Shown: piece by piece, positions 1 to 10,096 of the stretch
How positions within the stretch are numbered: position 1 is the first letter of the stretch
Layout: the number at the start of each line of letters is the position of its first letter
From: Bdellovibrionales bacterium
GTDB lineage: Bacteria; Bdellovibrionota; Bdellovibrionia; Bdellovibrionales; JAGQZY01
Direction: 5' to 3'
DNA length: 64,000 nt
NCBI GenBank assembly: GCA_031426555.1
Contig: JANPLN010000015.1
Coordinates: 191,863 to 255,862 of the forward strand
The notes under the pieces: model-generated
The model's database searches: none
What the model was told of the DNA's origin: nothing
The model's input: the letters and a program-made list of their open reading frames with translations, nothing else
Program-made: the position numbers and the translations under genes

Positions 1-3
1 GAA

Positions 4-552
4 GTGGTTATTAAATACAATACCAATGTGACGATCTTCCCAGAAAAAATCGTCGCTCTTTGGGCAAATTTTAAGACGGTTCGACTCAATTTAAGTATCG
101 ATGGCGTGGGCGCTACGAACGATTATATTCGTTTTCCTGCAAAATGGGCCTCGGTAGAAAAAAATTTAAAAAGCTTTTTTGAATTAAAAAAAGCGGGCGT
201 TCCCTTGGAAATCAGCGTGCATACAACCGTACAAATTTGTAATATTTTAGAGCTCGCAAAAATCCTTCAATACTTTAGAGAAAATTACGGCCTGACTCCG
301 TATTTTAATATTCTCAATCACCCTGCCTGTTTAAATATACGGTCTATGCCGCAGACCTTAAAAGACGTTGCGCTGCAAAGACTGCATCCTTGGGCCAATG
401 AAAAGGGAGTGGGCGAAGTGATTTCGTACATGCTGGCCGAGGATTGGTCGGAGTCTTACTGGCCAGAGTTTATCAAATACACGTCGCAACTAGATGCAAA
501 CCGCCATCAGAAATATATGGTCAGCGACGTCGATTTACAGCTTGTGGACTGA
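4..552 (+). CDS. C-terminal part of a radical SAM protein (N-terminal twitch-like class), truncated by the window edge
   Basis: YNTN, LSIDGVG..NDYIRFPAKW..VEKNL, HPACL and LD..R motifs align with the C-terminal halves of 6276..7700, 10097..11228 and 19989..21386. Confidence 0.85.
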   Translation: MVIKYNTNVTIFPEKIVALWANFKTVRLNLSIDGVGATNDYIRFPAKWASVEKNLKSFFELKKAGVPLEISVHTTVQICNILELAKILQYFRENYGLTPYFNILNHPACLNIRSMPQTLKDVALQRLHPWANEKGVGEVISYMLAEDWSESYWPEFIKYTSQLDANRHQKYMVSDVDLQLVD

Positions 553-579
553 TGGGGACTTAGATATGTAATTAGGGGT

Positions 580-1725
580 ATGGCTAATTACTGGTCCTCA
601 TATGATTTCACCAAAATCCCCTTTGCAGATATAGAGTCAGTAGGGCAGCGAACTCTCCTTTATCGAGATTTGTTTTGCGTCAGTTGGCTGCTGGGTCGTT
701 TTTGCAATTATAAATGCTCCTATTGTTGGCCCTACGCTCGCTCCGACACAAGAGATCACCGCCCCACAGAATTAGTTTTGAAAACGCTCAGCGAAATCAA
801 ACGTCAAGCGCGGGCGAGAAATTTTAACTCTTTTCATTTTTCGTTCAGCGGCGGTGAGCCAACACTTCACCCAGGATATCTGGACATACTAAAAACATAT
901 TCGGAAGATCAACCTCAGTGTAATTATCAATCATTGCACATGACAAGCAACATCAGTGCTGGTTTGGGTTACTTTAAAAAGTATGCCGAAGTTACCAAAA
1001 ATATAAATCGCGTGAGTATCACTGCCAGCTATCACAAAGAAATGACAACGAAAGAACCTTTTGCAGAAAAATTAATTTTTTTACAAGAGCAAGACATCAA
1101 CGTCACCATCAACATGGTCATGGTTCCTGAGCGCTTTGAGCTTTTGTGGGAAGAGGCTCTCTATTTTCACGAGCAGGGTATTAACGTTACCCTCAAGCCG
1201 CAAAGCAATCCAACGGCTACGGCGGTAGTTTCAGGATATTCTGATGAGATGTTAAAACGTTTACGCAACGGAATGCCACAAAGGGATTACACGACAAAAC
1301 GATTAGAGTCGAAAATGAAAACTTCGCAAAGACCAAAGCCGCGTCTCGCAGCACTGCCAGAAAAAGATGAAACTGGCGATGATATTCCTCAGATCATGCA
1401 AGTGGAGTTTAATGATAAGCTGGGAAAGAAGTGGTTTATGGACCAAGCCGAACGCTTTAACGCCTTTAATTTTAATCAATTCCGTGGCTGGGAATGTAGC
1501 GCGGGTTATCGCAGTATTATCATTCGTGAGCCCGATGGCGCCATTAAAAGAAGTTACAGCTGCAATGACAAACCCCTTGGCTTTATTGAAACCGGCTTCG
1601 AACTTTTTCCAACAGCAATGCCATGTATTACTCAGAGCTGCGTAAGTAGTGCGGACAGTAAAATTCCAAAACGTAAAGCGGGGTCCAAGTGGCCTCTTTG
1701 GCCTGGGGACACCGCGAGTGTATAA
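580..1725 (+). CDS. Radical SAM protein with C-terminal auxiliary Cys domain
   Basis: CNYKCSYC (CxxxCxxC), SGGEPT, C-terminal GWECSAG..C..PC....C. Confidence 0.92.
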   Translation: MANYWSSYDFTKIPFADIESVGQRTLLYRDLFCVSWLLGRFCNYKCSYCWPYARSDTRDHRPTELVLKTLSEIKRQARARNFNSFHFSFSGGEPTLHPGYLDILKTYSEDQPQCNYQSLHMTSNISAGLGYFKKYAEVTKNINRVSITASYHKEMTTKEPFAEKLIFLQEQDINVTINMVMVPERFELLWEEALYFHEQGINVTLKPQSNPTATAVVSGYSDEMLKRLRNGMPQRDYTTKRLESKMKTSQRPKPRLAALPEKDETGDDIPQIMQVEFNDKLGKKWFMDQAERFNAFNFNQFRGWECSAGYRSIIIREPDGAIKRSYSCNDKPLGFIETGFELFPTAMPCITQSCVSSADSKIPKRKAGSKWPLWPGDTASV

Positions 1726-2794
1726 GGCGTATGAAATACGGGTCGTTCACCTCGAAATAACCAGCAAATGCAATGCCTCGTGCCCAATGTGTTTGCGAAA
1801 TGTATGTGGTGGCAAGGTAAACCCCCAGCTGCCCCTTACAGAACTTTCGCTTTTTGATTTAAAAAAAATCTTCACTACTGATTTCGTTCAGCAGCTCGAC
1901 AGAATCTATTTATGTGGAAATTATGGGGATCCTGTAGCGGCACAAGATACGCTAGAGTCTCTAAAATATTTTAAGGAGACCAATCCGCAAATTCAACTGT
2001 CCCTGTTTTCAAATGCATCGGCACGCGCCGCGGTTTGGTGGCGCGAGCTCGCGACCCTGACCAAGGATGTGCATTTTGCAATTGATGGGCTCTCCGACAC
2101 CAATTCGATTTACCGCCGTGGTACCCAGTGGGAGGTCATTATGCGAAATGCACAGGCTTTTATTGATGCCGGTGGCCGCGCCATTTGGGATTATATTGTT
2201 TTTAGACATAACGAACACCAAATCGAAGAAGCGCAAGAGCTTGCAAAAAAAATGGGCTTTCATAAATTCAATTTAAAAAAAACCGGCAGATTTTTTAGCA
2301 ACACCAAAACCGAGGTAAAGTCGCAGCAAGCCGTCTACAACTTGGACGGTGAGATTGATTATTTCTTAGAGCTGCCTCTCAATCCAAAGTATCACAACGC
2401 AGCGCTGGTCAAAGAGGACGAGCTGGTGAAGAAGTATGGGCATCTCGAAAAATATTTAGATCAAACGCTTATCGACTGTAAAGTAGACGCAGAAAAAAGT
2501 GTGTATGTTTCGGCGGAAGGTTTCATTTTCCCCTGTTGTTGGACGGCGAATCAATTGTACCCTTGGTATTTGGAAAAAAGATCTTCACAGGTTTGGGATA
2601 TCATTCGTTCACTGCCAGAACAAGAACAAGAAATTTCGGCGCTCAAACAGCCATTGTCAAAGATCGTCGAAGGGGAGCTTTTTGCAAAAATCAAAGACAG
2701 CTGGTCATTGCCCAGCACTAAACTCGGCAAGCTGAAACCTTGTGCGAAAACCTGTGGGCGGGAATTTGATCCCTTTAGCGAGCAGTTTCGCTAG
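1718..2794 (+). CDS. Radical SAM protein with C-terminal SPASM/twitch-like domain
   Basis: HLEITSKCNASCPMC, GNYGDP, C-terminal CK..YVSAEGFIFPCCW..CAKTC; start moved to GTG 1718 (GGGG upstream, overlaps upstream stop). Confidence 0.9.
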   Translation: MYKAYEIRVVHLEITSKCNASCPMCLRNVCGGKVNPQLPLTELSLFDLKKIFTTDFVQQLDRIYLCGNYGDPVAAQDTLESLKYFKETNPQIQLSLFSNASARAAVWWRELATLTKDVHFAIDGLSDTNSIYRRGTQWEVIMRNAQAFIDAGGRAIWDYIVFRHNEHQIEEAQELAKKMGFHKFNLKKTGRFFSNTKTEVKSQQAVYNLDGEIDYFLELPLNPKYHNAALVKEDELVKKYGHLEKYLDQTLIDCKVDAEKSVYVSAEGFIFPCCWTANQLYPWYLEKRSSQVWDIIRSLPEQEQEISALKQPLSKIVEGELFAKIKDSWSLPSTKLGKLKPCAKTCGREFDPFSEQFR

Positions 2795-3963
2795 TGAGAA
2801 TTTTAATTGTTATATTTAGCCTGTTATTGTCGCCCTTATTAATGTTATTTGCCTTAGAAGGCGCAACTCGCTGGATTCTTCCTACGGACTTCTGGAATGG
2901 CCTTCAGTTACAAAAAAAAATTAACAGTAATTCGAATTTAGATATTTCACCGCTATATCGTTTAACTATGGATTTGGACTATCTTCCACAAACGCAGTTC
3001 GACCAACCCGTCTATGAACTTAAACCCCTCGTCAAAGACTATCGATATTTGCGTAAGAACACTTCTGGTTATGTTTTCAATGCGCCAAATGAAACCTTTC
3101 GGCACGTTGGGCGTGCTCTACAGGATGGGCAAATAATATTTGATGTCGAATATAATTTCGATGAACATGGGCGTCGAAAACTGCCTTTCGAACCTGAAAA
3201 TCCTTTTTTGAGTTCACGACACCTTATACTTTCAGGCTGTTCATTTGACTTTGGAGAAGGGCTTCAGGACAACGAAACATTGGCAGCTCAGTTACAAAAA
3301 CGCTTCCCTGGGAAAGTTTATAATTTAAGCCGATCAGGAGCGTCTGTCGTGGATGCTGTTGCGTTGATGCAAACAACCCAGGCATGGGATACAGTGGAGC
3401 CTTCGTCTGGCATGGTCCTCGCGCATTTTTCGATAAATTTGCATATGGTTAGATTTTTAGGCACGTTGATGAGTATCGGTCGGTGGAATCAGTTTGGAGC
3501 CTTTCTTGAGGAGGATCCAAAGAACTCTGGCCATTTTCGGTTTGGAGGACTGTACGCAAAAAACCAACCGTTTCGAACGGGTATCGGTATGGTAATGGCG
3601 CAATCGAATTTTTTAAAGGCCATCGAATTTGATTGGCCCCCCATCGATGATAGAGCTTTAGAAAACTACGCAAGGGTTCTTCTTTTTTTGAAGCTAAAAT
3701 ATCAGCAAAAAACTCGTTCCAGCAACCAACTGGTTGTTTACCTTCATCCTGGCGAGGAGCAAGCGAGAAGGATAATCCCATTTTTAGAAAAATATGGAAT
3801 TTATTATCTGGACTATTCCAATTTACTGCTCAAAAAGTTTGCCACGGAATCATTAACTATTCCTCACGAAGGGCATCCCTCAAAAGAGTATAATAGAATC
3901 TTGGGGCAACAAATTACGCACGATCTTACTTTGCAGGAGAACAGCCTAAAAATTTCTAATTAA
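2794..3963 (+). CDS. Membrane-anchored SGNH/GDSL-like hydrolase or acyltransferase-associated protein
   Basis: N-terminal TM helix ending LEGATR, GCSFDFGEG block I-like motif, C-terminal EGHPS. Confidence 0.7.
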   Translation: MRILIVIFSLLLSPLLMLFALEGATRWILPTDFWNGLQLQKKINSNSNLDISPLYRLTMDLDYLPQTQFDQPVYELKPLVKDYRYLRKNTSGYVFNAPNETFRHVGRALQDGQIIFDVEYNFDEHGRRKLPFEPENPFLSSRHLILSGCSFDFGEGLQDNETLAAQLQKRFPGKVYNLSRSGASVVDAVALMQTTQAWDTVEPSSGMVLAHFSINLHMVRFLGTLMSIGRWNQFGAFLEEDPKNSGHFRFGGLYAKNQPFRTGIGMVMAQSNFLKAIEFDWPPIDDRALENYARVLLFLKLKYQQKTRSSNQLVVYLHPGEEQARRIIPFLEKYGIYYLDYSNLLLKKFATESLTIPHEGHPSKEYNRILGQQITHDLTLQENSLKISN

Positions 3964-4109
3964 AAAATCGTGTAGATAAACGGTGTGGCAACAGTCCCGC
4001 TTCCTAAGTAGAGAAGTGCTGAAAGCGAAACAAGAACTAGAAAAAACGGAATCAGCCACCATTTTTTATTTTCGACGGCAAACTGCCAAAGTTCTAGAAT
4101 TAGCTTCAT
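3960..4109 (-). CDS. 49-aa SxtK/DUF5989-like membrane peptide (absent from the ORF track)
   Basis: Hand translation MKLILELWQFAVENKKWWLIPFFLVLVSLSALLYLGSGTVATPFIYTIF; KKWWLxP and PFIYTxF signature; ATGA overlap with the carbamoyltransferase stop. Confidence 0.88.
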   Translation of the reverse strand: MKLILELWQFAVENKKWWLIPFFLVLVSLSALLYLGSGTVATPFIYTIF

Positions 4110-5923
4110 TTTTTTGCCTCTATTATTATAAGTCTATGCATATTTTTTTTCTTTTCCAATATAAAGTTCCCCAAGACTAACAAATCCAGGTCCGTTTTTA
4201 AAAAACATAAAATGGCATCACGGGGGGACTCTACAATCGGTTCGCCGCGAACATTAAAACTCGTATTTACAAGCATTGGCACGCCGGTGCGCTGTTCAAA
4301 CATCTGGAGAAGCCGGTAAAGCAAAGGGTTTTGTTCCCGTGTTACCGTCTGAAGTCGAGCGGAGTAATCTAAGTGGGTCACTGCGGGAATCGCGGACCGC
4401 ACGGCTTTTATTCGTTCTTGAGAGGTGAAAAAATGACTGGAAGGCTCAAGCCGATGCTTTGGCAATAGATCGGCAACAAATAACATATAAGGGCTTTCCG
4501 AGGGACATCCGAAAAACCATTCATGGGCTTTTTCTGCCATCACAATCGGAGCAAAAGGCCGAAAGGATTCGCGAAATTTAATTTTCAAATTTAATTTTTC
4601 CTGCATCTCCGGTGAACGGGAGTCCGCAAGAATCGAACGCGACCCTAAAGCTCTCGGACCATACTCCGATCGGCCCTGAAACCAACCCACCGCATCTCCT
4701 TTAACTAAGGAGTCGCAGGTTTTTTCGAAAAGAGAAGCTTCGTCGTGCATTTCATAAACGAGCCCCATTTCGTCGAGACATTTTTGAATTTCATCATCTG
4801 TGTACTCAGTGCCTAACAAAGCATTAAACATGCTGTCACTATTTCTCAATGTGTACCGAGGCTTTTGAAAATGTAGGGAATGGGCAGCCAGCGCTGCACC
4901 GAGAGCACTTCCGGCGTCTCCTGCCGCGGGCTGAATCCATATCTCTTTAAAAGATCCATCGCGGAGGATTTGGCTATTACTCACACAGTTAAGAGCCACA
5001 CCACCAGAGAGGCACAGCGAGGGAAGCGAAAATTCTTTATGCAAAGAGCGCGTTAGGCAAAGCAAAAGATGATTGAGTGCAGCCTGTGTAGACGCAGCAA
5101 TATCCATGTAAACCTGCTCAATAAAAGATTCTGGAAGCCTTGGAGGTGCGCCAAAAAGCTCAGAAAGTTTTTCACTAAACATGTTCCGTGTTGAGGCAAA
5201 GTCAAAATACTGAAGATTGATCTCAAAGGAACCGTCATCTTTCATACAGACAAGATTTTTTAATATCGCATCAAAAAATCGTGGCTGCCCATAGGGCGCA
5301 AGACCCATGAGTTTGTATTCCCCTGAATTCACTTTGAATCCGCAAAAAGTCGTCATCGTGGAATAAAAGAGTCCGAGTGAATGTGGGAAATGGATCTCCT
5401 TTTGCATTTCGATTCGATTATTCTGTCCCACAGAAACGGTCGACGTCGACCACTCCCCCAGTCCATCCAAGGTGAGAATCACCGCCTCAGAAAATGGAGA
5501 AGGAAAGAAAGCACTGGCCGCATGACTGAGGTGATGCTCCGAAAAGAGCAGCTTCTTTTCGTCAAATCCAGCGTCAATCTCGCGTAGGGCTTTTAGAAGA
5601 TCATTTCGTAGAAACAAAGTTTTGGTAAAAGATTCTGAAAAGGTTTCAACAAACGAGACAGGTTTCCAGGGTGCATCGCGAAGAAAGCTCTCGATCTGCC
5701 GGTCTAGTTTTAGGAGTGGTTTTTCGTAAAACACAACAGCGTCAAGCTCGTGCAGCTTTAATTTGCTGTGGGCTAAACCCGCTAAAACTGAGCGACGTGG
5801 GAATTTTGAATCATTTTTTATCCTTGAGAATCGCTCCTCTTGCATCGCAAAAACCGGTCTGCCATTTTGCAGGAAGGCTGCAGCACTATCGTGATAGTAA
5901 CAAGAGACACCAAGTATATTCAT
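4106..5923 (-). CDS. O-carbamoyltransferase, NodU/CmcH/SxtI family
   Basis: HDSAAA, EERFSR, EHHLSHAASAF, SGEYKLMGLAPYG, GGVALNC, GPRALG, KFRESFRPFAP, NTSFNVRGEPIV. Confidence 0.96.
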   Translation of the reverse strand: MNILGVSCYYHDSAAAFLQNGRPVFAMQEERFSRIKNDSKFPRRSVLAGLAHSKLKLHELDAVVFYEKPLLKLDRQIESFLRDAPWKPVSFVETFSESFTKTLFLRNDLLKALREIDAGFDEKKLLFSEHHLSHAASAFFPSPFSEAVILTLDGLGEWSTSTVSVGQNNRIEMQKEIHFPHSLGLFYSTMTTFCGFKVNSGEYKLMGLAPYGQPRFFDAILKNLVCMKDDGSFEINLQYFDFASTRNMFSEKLSELFGAPPRLPESFIEQVYMDIAASTQAALNHLLLCLTRSLHKEFSLPSLCLSGGVALNCVSNSQILRDGSFKEIWIQPAAGDAGSALGAALAAHSLHFQKPRYTLRNSDSMFNALLGTEYTDDEIQKCLDEMGLVYEMHDEASLFEKTCDSLVKGDAVGWFQGRSEYGPRALGSRSILADSRSPEMQEKLNLKIKFRESFRPFAPIVMAEKAHEWFFGCPSESPYMLFVADLLPKHRLEPSSHFFTSQERIKAVRSAIPAVTHLDYSARLQTVTREQNPLLYRLLQMFEQRTGVPMLVNTSFNVRGEPIVESPRDAILCFLKTDLDLLVLGNFILEKKKNMHRLIIIEAKK

Positions 5924-5929
5924 GCCGCC

Positions 5930-6319
5930 TCAAAACATTCGATCAAAGCGTTGACTGCTGCGGCTCTTATGCCACCCATGGGTTGTGGTTCTCGATCGCA
6001 CAAGACGTAAACTTAATCCCAGGGGAGTTATGATTAGAAAATAAAAAAGGAGCAAAAAAACGGGCTGAAGCAACCAAGCTAAGACAATTCCGACATAAAA
6101 CCATAGGGTATTTAAAAAAGACGAGTAGCCTTGATGGAAAACAGCTGGAATCAATAGTAAGCAACTGAGTCCCCACGGGTGGGGAGCAAGGCAAAAGATA
6201 ACGATTGATAAAATGGCGGAAAAATAAGAAAAACTTTTCGGCGATGGACGAGGCGAATTTTTTAAACGGCGAAAATTAAATCGAGTCCACATAGACTTCA
6301 GATCGGGTCGAAGAATCAT
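5930..6319 (-). CDS. SxtJ-like membrane protein
   Basis: Hydrophobic helices, FYFLIITPLGL..R motif and C-terminal FDRMF; directly upstream of the carbamoyltransferase. Confidence 0.75.
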   Translation of the reverse strand: MILRPDLKSMWTRFNFRRLKNSPRPSPKSFSYFSAILSIVIFCLAPHPWGLSCLLLIPAVFHQGYSSFLNTLWFYVGIVLAWLLQPVFLLLFYFLIITPLGLSLRLVRSRTTTHGWHKSRSSQRFDRMF

Positions 6320-7700
6320 CTTGGTTTAAAAGCTCACCCATATCGGGGAAAACCGAAGCGAACGACGTCCCCCTGATAGAATCCATGCGCGTGATGTACT
6401 CACGGAATTGCGGCATTCTGTTAGACCAGTCTTCAGATTCCATAAACTTAAGCATTCCCTCGAGGCGTTTAATCCCGTAATCGTTATTTACAAATTCTGG
6501 ATCATTTCGGTAATTCTTAAGAAGCCACGAATAAAAACCTTCGTACTTACAGCGAATTTTTCGTTTAAACTCTTTAGGAAAAACTTTTACGTTCAAATGG
6601 GCGGGGTGATAGACAAAATGGTAATTAATCAAACCAGCGCCCAGAGGCCATGCATTTATTTTTTTAAAATTTTGTTCTAATTTCCATCGAATAAAGTCGG
6701 GTATGTAATACATGTTCAGCATCTGCACAGCACAAGCGATGGTGACTTCCACATGGTCTGGAGTTTCATCGAGCAGGCGCAAATGTTTTTCGATGGTTTC
6801 CCAGTTAGCGGGATAACGAATGTACGAATTCATTTCGTGGACGCTATCGATACTAAAGTGAAAACGGACACGGCGAAATTTTTCCCATAAAGTGAACAGT
6901 CTTTCGGGAAGTTCAATGCCGTTGCTGTTGTAGCGAAGTTCAATATTTTTTGCGTAGCCTCTTCGCACGCATTCCTCGAGAAGTTCGTAATGCTCTTCAA
7001 TGATGGTGCTTTCGCCCCCGGCAAAGTACAACTGTTGCATGTGCGGAATTTGCTCGTAGAGCTCTTCCCAAAAAATGGGATTGTCGCGATGCCAATCGTA
7101 ACTTGCGCCATCCACGCGACCGCTATTATCCCAGACCATAACTTGCTTCAGTTCCGCATTTTGGATCTGTGGGGAAAGCTTTTTCCAGTCTGAGACCCAA
7201 AGCGAACTGTCGTGGGGTGAACACATGATGCATTTCAAATTACATTTCGTACCGAGACGCAAATCCACATAATAAATTCGCGCGGGCACAGAGCCGTCCG
7301 TGGAGGTCTCATCGATCAATTTTTGCAAATCAATTCGTGAACTCCAATATTCGGTCTCCCAATTTCTTTTCGAGCGGTGGCCAGCAGCTTCCTCTTTAAA
7401 GCATTTTGTACACGACGCAGGAATTTCACCTGCCAGCATTTTCAGTCGCACATCACGCATGTATCCGTTGTTCCAGCCTTCCAAAAGGGGAGTGTGGTTC
7501 AGGTTGGCGGGTTTTCCGTTGTCGTTTTTTAAAATACCCACTTCTCCTCCCCAGATTTTGTCGTTGGTGGCCCCGGCGGAAGACGCGTTGGCCGTGCAAC
7601 AGACGCGCATGTGTCCGTTGGGCCGCGTAGAGAGATGAATCCACGGCAGAGCGCAGTAGGTTTTACTGGGGGGTAGGAGGGTTTTTTTATCCATGGGCAA
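6276..7700 (-). CDS. Radical SAM protein with N-terminal twitch-like Cys domain
   Basis: N-terminal CALPW..RVCC..CTKC, core CNLKCIMC, FAGGE, YNSNG, FSIDS. Confidence 0.93.
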   Translation of the reverse strand: MPMDKKTLLPPSKTYCALPWIHLSTRPNGHMRVCCTANASSAGATNDKIWGGEVGILKNDNGKPANLNHTPLLEGWNNGYMRDVRLKMLAGEIPASCTKCFKEEAAGHRSKRNWETEYWSSRIDLQKLIDETSTDGSVPARIYYVDLRLGTKCNLKCIMCSPHDSSLWVSDWKKLSPQIQNAELKQVMVWDNSGRVDGASYDWHRDNPIFWEELYEQIPHMQQLYFAGGESTIIEEHYELLEECVRRGYAKNIELRYNSNGIELPERLFTLWEKFRRVRFHFSIDSVHEMNSYIRYPANWETIEKHLRLLDETPDHVEVTIACAVQMLNMYYIPDFIRWKLEQNFKKINAWPLGAGLINYHFVYHPAHLNVKVFPKEFKRKIRCKYEGFYSWLLKNYRNDPEFVNNDYGIKRLEGMLKFMESEDWSNRMPQFREYITRMDSIRGTSFASVFPDMGELLNQDDSSTRSEVYVDSI

Positions 7701-7813
7701 AAGAATATGTCAGAGACGTTAGAACAGGCAAAGGGAGAGACGCACTTAACAAGCCGAGTTAGCTGATATCAATCCAACTTCACATCCGTTTAGGAATCGA
7801 GTACAGCCATCCC

Positions 7814-8977
7814 ATGGAAACGAGCGAGTACAAAAACAAAGTCATCAATCAAGAAGCCATGCATTTTTGTTTAAATGTAGTGGAATTTTTTGAGGCTTTA
7901 CCAGGCGACCGAGAGTTTTTTAAAAAAGCGGCTCTGGATGGGCTCACATTTTGCCAATCTCTGCAGGAAGTGGGGCTCTACATCTTAAGCCTTAAGGAGT
8001 TGGCACTTCATCATCCGGTGGTTGATAAGGATAAGTTTTTGAATGTGGCCCACCGAGTTGGAAACGACACGCGACATTTGTTTGCATTCTTACAAACTAC
8101 AAAGCTCTTGGCAGAAAAAAAAGATTTTAAATCATGGGATCATTTTTTTAGCGCCGCAATGGTTGCCGTGGAAAACGAAGAATCCATGGCGGACTATCTG
8201 ACAACAGTGCGCCACCTCACAGAGAAACTGAATTTCACCCAATGGCCCGATTTTTTCACAATGGTAAAGCGCCTCAAGGAGCAATCTTCGTTTTTGGAGG
8301 TAGAGGTATTTTCTGCCGTGCGCCATGGTATCCAATACTTCGAGGAAAGCGACACCATTAAAGGCTTGTTTCGAGTTCTTGCCGAGACACCGCAGTTTTC
8401 TGGAGCCTTTGCCTATGGGCAGCTCGACAGCAAAAAATGGCTCATCGAAGAAGCGCAAAAAGTATGGGGCCCTCACTGGGGCACGGTTTTCGTTCTTGCG
8501 GGATGGATTGGCGTATTGCCTCGGATGATCTACGACAAAAAAATCACAACCACAAAAATCTATTCTTTCGATATCGACGGTAGCGCCACCAGAGCTTCTG
8601 AATTTCTTAACCAGGCGGAAGTTCAAAACGATTGGTCCTTTAAATCATCCTCGCAAGACATTACGACGATGCACTTTCCAACAACTTTCACGGTACTTCG
8701 TAAAGATGGAAGCCCTTGTGAGCTTTTGACGATGCCAGATGTCGTGATCAACACCAGCTGCGAACACATCCAAGACATCACATCGTGGTGGTCGCAAATT
8801 CCCTTAGGTACCAGGGTGATTTTGCAATCGAACGATGGATTTCACATTCCTGAACATGTTGCTTGTTTTAAGAGTCTCGAAGACTTTGCGAAGGCGATGT
8901 CCCTCACTCGAACCGATTTCATCGGGGAGAAAGCGTTACCGGAATTCAATCGTTTTATGTTGATTGGTGTAAAGTAG
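7814..8977 (+). CDS. Protein with helical N-terminus and C-terminal class I SAM-dependent methyltransferase-like domain
   Basis: VFVLAGWIG (motif I-like), SFDID (acidic motif II), DVVINTSCEH, LQSND, RFMLIG. Confidence 0.65.
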   Translation: METSEYKNKVINQEAMHFCLNVVEFFEALPGDREFFKKAALDGLTFCQSLQEVGLYILSLKELALHHPVVDKDKFLNVAHRVGNDTRHLFAFLQTTKLLAEKKDFKSWDHFFSAAMVAVENEESMADYLTTVRHLTEKLNFTQWPDFFTMVKRLKEQSSFLEVEVFSAVRHGIQYFEESDTIKGLFRVLAETPQFSGAFAYGQLDSKKWLIEEAQKVWGPHWGTVFVLAGWIGVLPRMIYDKKITTTKIYSFDIDGSATRASEFLNQAEVQNDWSFKSSSQDITTMHFPTTFTVLRKDGSPCELLTMPDVVINTSCEHIQDITSWWSQIPLGTRVILQSNDGFHIPEHVACFKSLEDFAKAMSLTRTDFIGEKALPEFNRFMLIGVK

Positions 8978-10043
8978 TTTCTTTTCGAGCCTTAAAATCA
9001 TGTGAGCAATAACATCGCTTGTGCGGACAAATGACAGGCGTCGTTGGCCACTGCACAGAATCTAAGTTTTCCACTTTTTTAAGATGCTCGACCCGTCGCC
9101 ACGAACCTAACGGTGGGCTCACTCCGCACATAACAGATCTTTTGATGTCTCCATTTTGTTCGAGGTAAAGAGTGTCGATACCAACATAGCAATTCCAGCC
9201 CTGCCAATTATTTAAATTATTAGTTGTTAAAAACGAGTTCGAAATCATTCCCGATGTTTCGTTCGTGTTCCTCTTAAAATACTGATTGTTTAATTCTTTG
9301 GCTCGCTTCCCTGTGAACATGGTACGCCAAGGTAACTTGTTGGCATGAATTGAATTCGATTTCATCCACTCAAGTTGTTCCTCACGATAAGGCCAGTCCT
9401 GATTTACTTTTGCTTCGGGAGCGACTTCTTGAGCAAACTTCGACGACGGGAGGAGTGTGAGTTTTTGTAAGGAAATTGTTTTCGCTTTGCTAAATTTTTT
9501 AAAATACCCATGGGCAGCGACGCATTCGTCCCATTTTTTCGAGTACATCAAAAGGAGAATGCAAACCGACACTCCCTTGCGAGTGAGAATGTTGGAAACC
9601 GCCGTTAAATGCTTGGGATCGGCAAATTCCGGGTGATAACTTAAAGTCACATGATGAAAGAATTCCGCATGTCGTTCCCACCAATCGAGGGTGCGAATCC
9701 CGTTGGTGACCAGCATCACTTTATTTTTGGTTTCGTGAATAGCGTTGATGAGGTGCTCAAAGTCTTTCCAAAGCGTGACTTCGCCTCCGAGAAGTTCAAA
9801 AAAGATGGTCTTTTTTTTATGCAGAGTTTTAAAGATCTCGTCGATGGTCTTTACGGTTTTTACAGCCTCGCTCAGCGTGGGCCAAGCGAAACTTCCATCA
9901 TGGCATTCCTTGGCACAATAGGCGCATTTGTAAGTGCAATGATTGCCGAGGTTCCAATTCACAAAGAGCAATGGATTTTCAAACGTTGTTCGATTGGTAA
10001 GAGATGGCCCGAAACCATCAAATTTTTCAAAGGCGATCGACAT
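8955..10043 (-). CDS. Radical SAM protein, same subfamily as 580..1725
   Basis: VNWNLGNHCTYKCAYC, LGGEVT, LSYH, C-terminal GWNCYVG..C..ICPHKRCYC. Confidence 0.92.
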   Translation of the reverse strand: MSIAFEKFDGFGPSLTNRTTFENPLLFVNWNLGNHCTYKCAYCAKECHDGSFAWPTLSEAVKTVKTIDEIFKTLHKKKTIFFELLGGEVTLWKDFEHLINAIHETKNKVMLVTNGIRTLDWWERHAEFFHHVTLSYHPEFADPKHLTAVSNILTRKGVSVCILLLMYSKKWDECVAAHGYFKKFSKAKTISLQKLTLLPSSKFAQEVAPEAKVNQDWPYREEQLEWMKSNSIHANKLPWRTMFTGKRAKELNNQYFKRNTNETSGMISNSFLTTNNLNNWQGWNCYVGIDTLYLEQNGDIKRSVMCGVSPPLGSWRRVEHLKKVENLDSVQWPTTPVICPHKRCYCSHDFKARKETTLHQST

Positions 10044-10096
10044 GACCTAAATCTATTGTTGTTCTACTTTGTCGGCTAGTTTATTCTCGAAGTCAT

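Noticed and set aside
3983..4180. 65-aa + strand ORF
   Set aside because: Antisense shadow of the SxtK-like gene and the carbamoyltransferase 3' end.
3960..6319. Saxitoxin biosynthesis cluster
   Set aside because: Only SxtI/J/K-like genes are present; no SxtA-like PKS, amidinotransferase or other core genes in the window.
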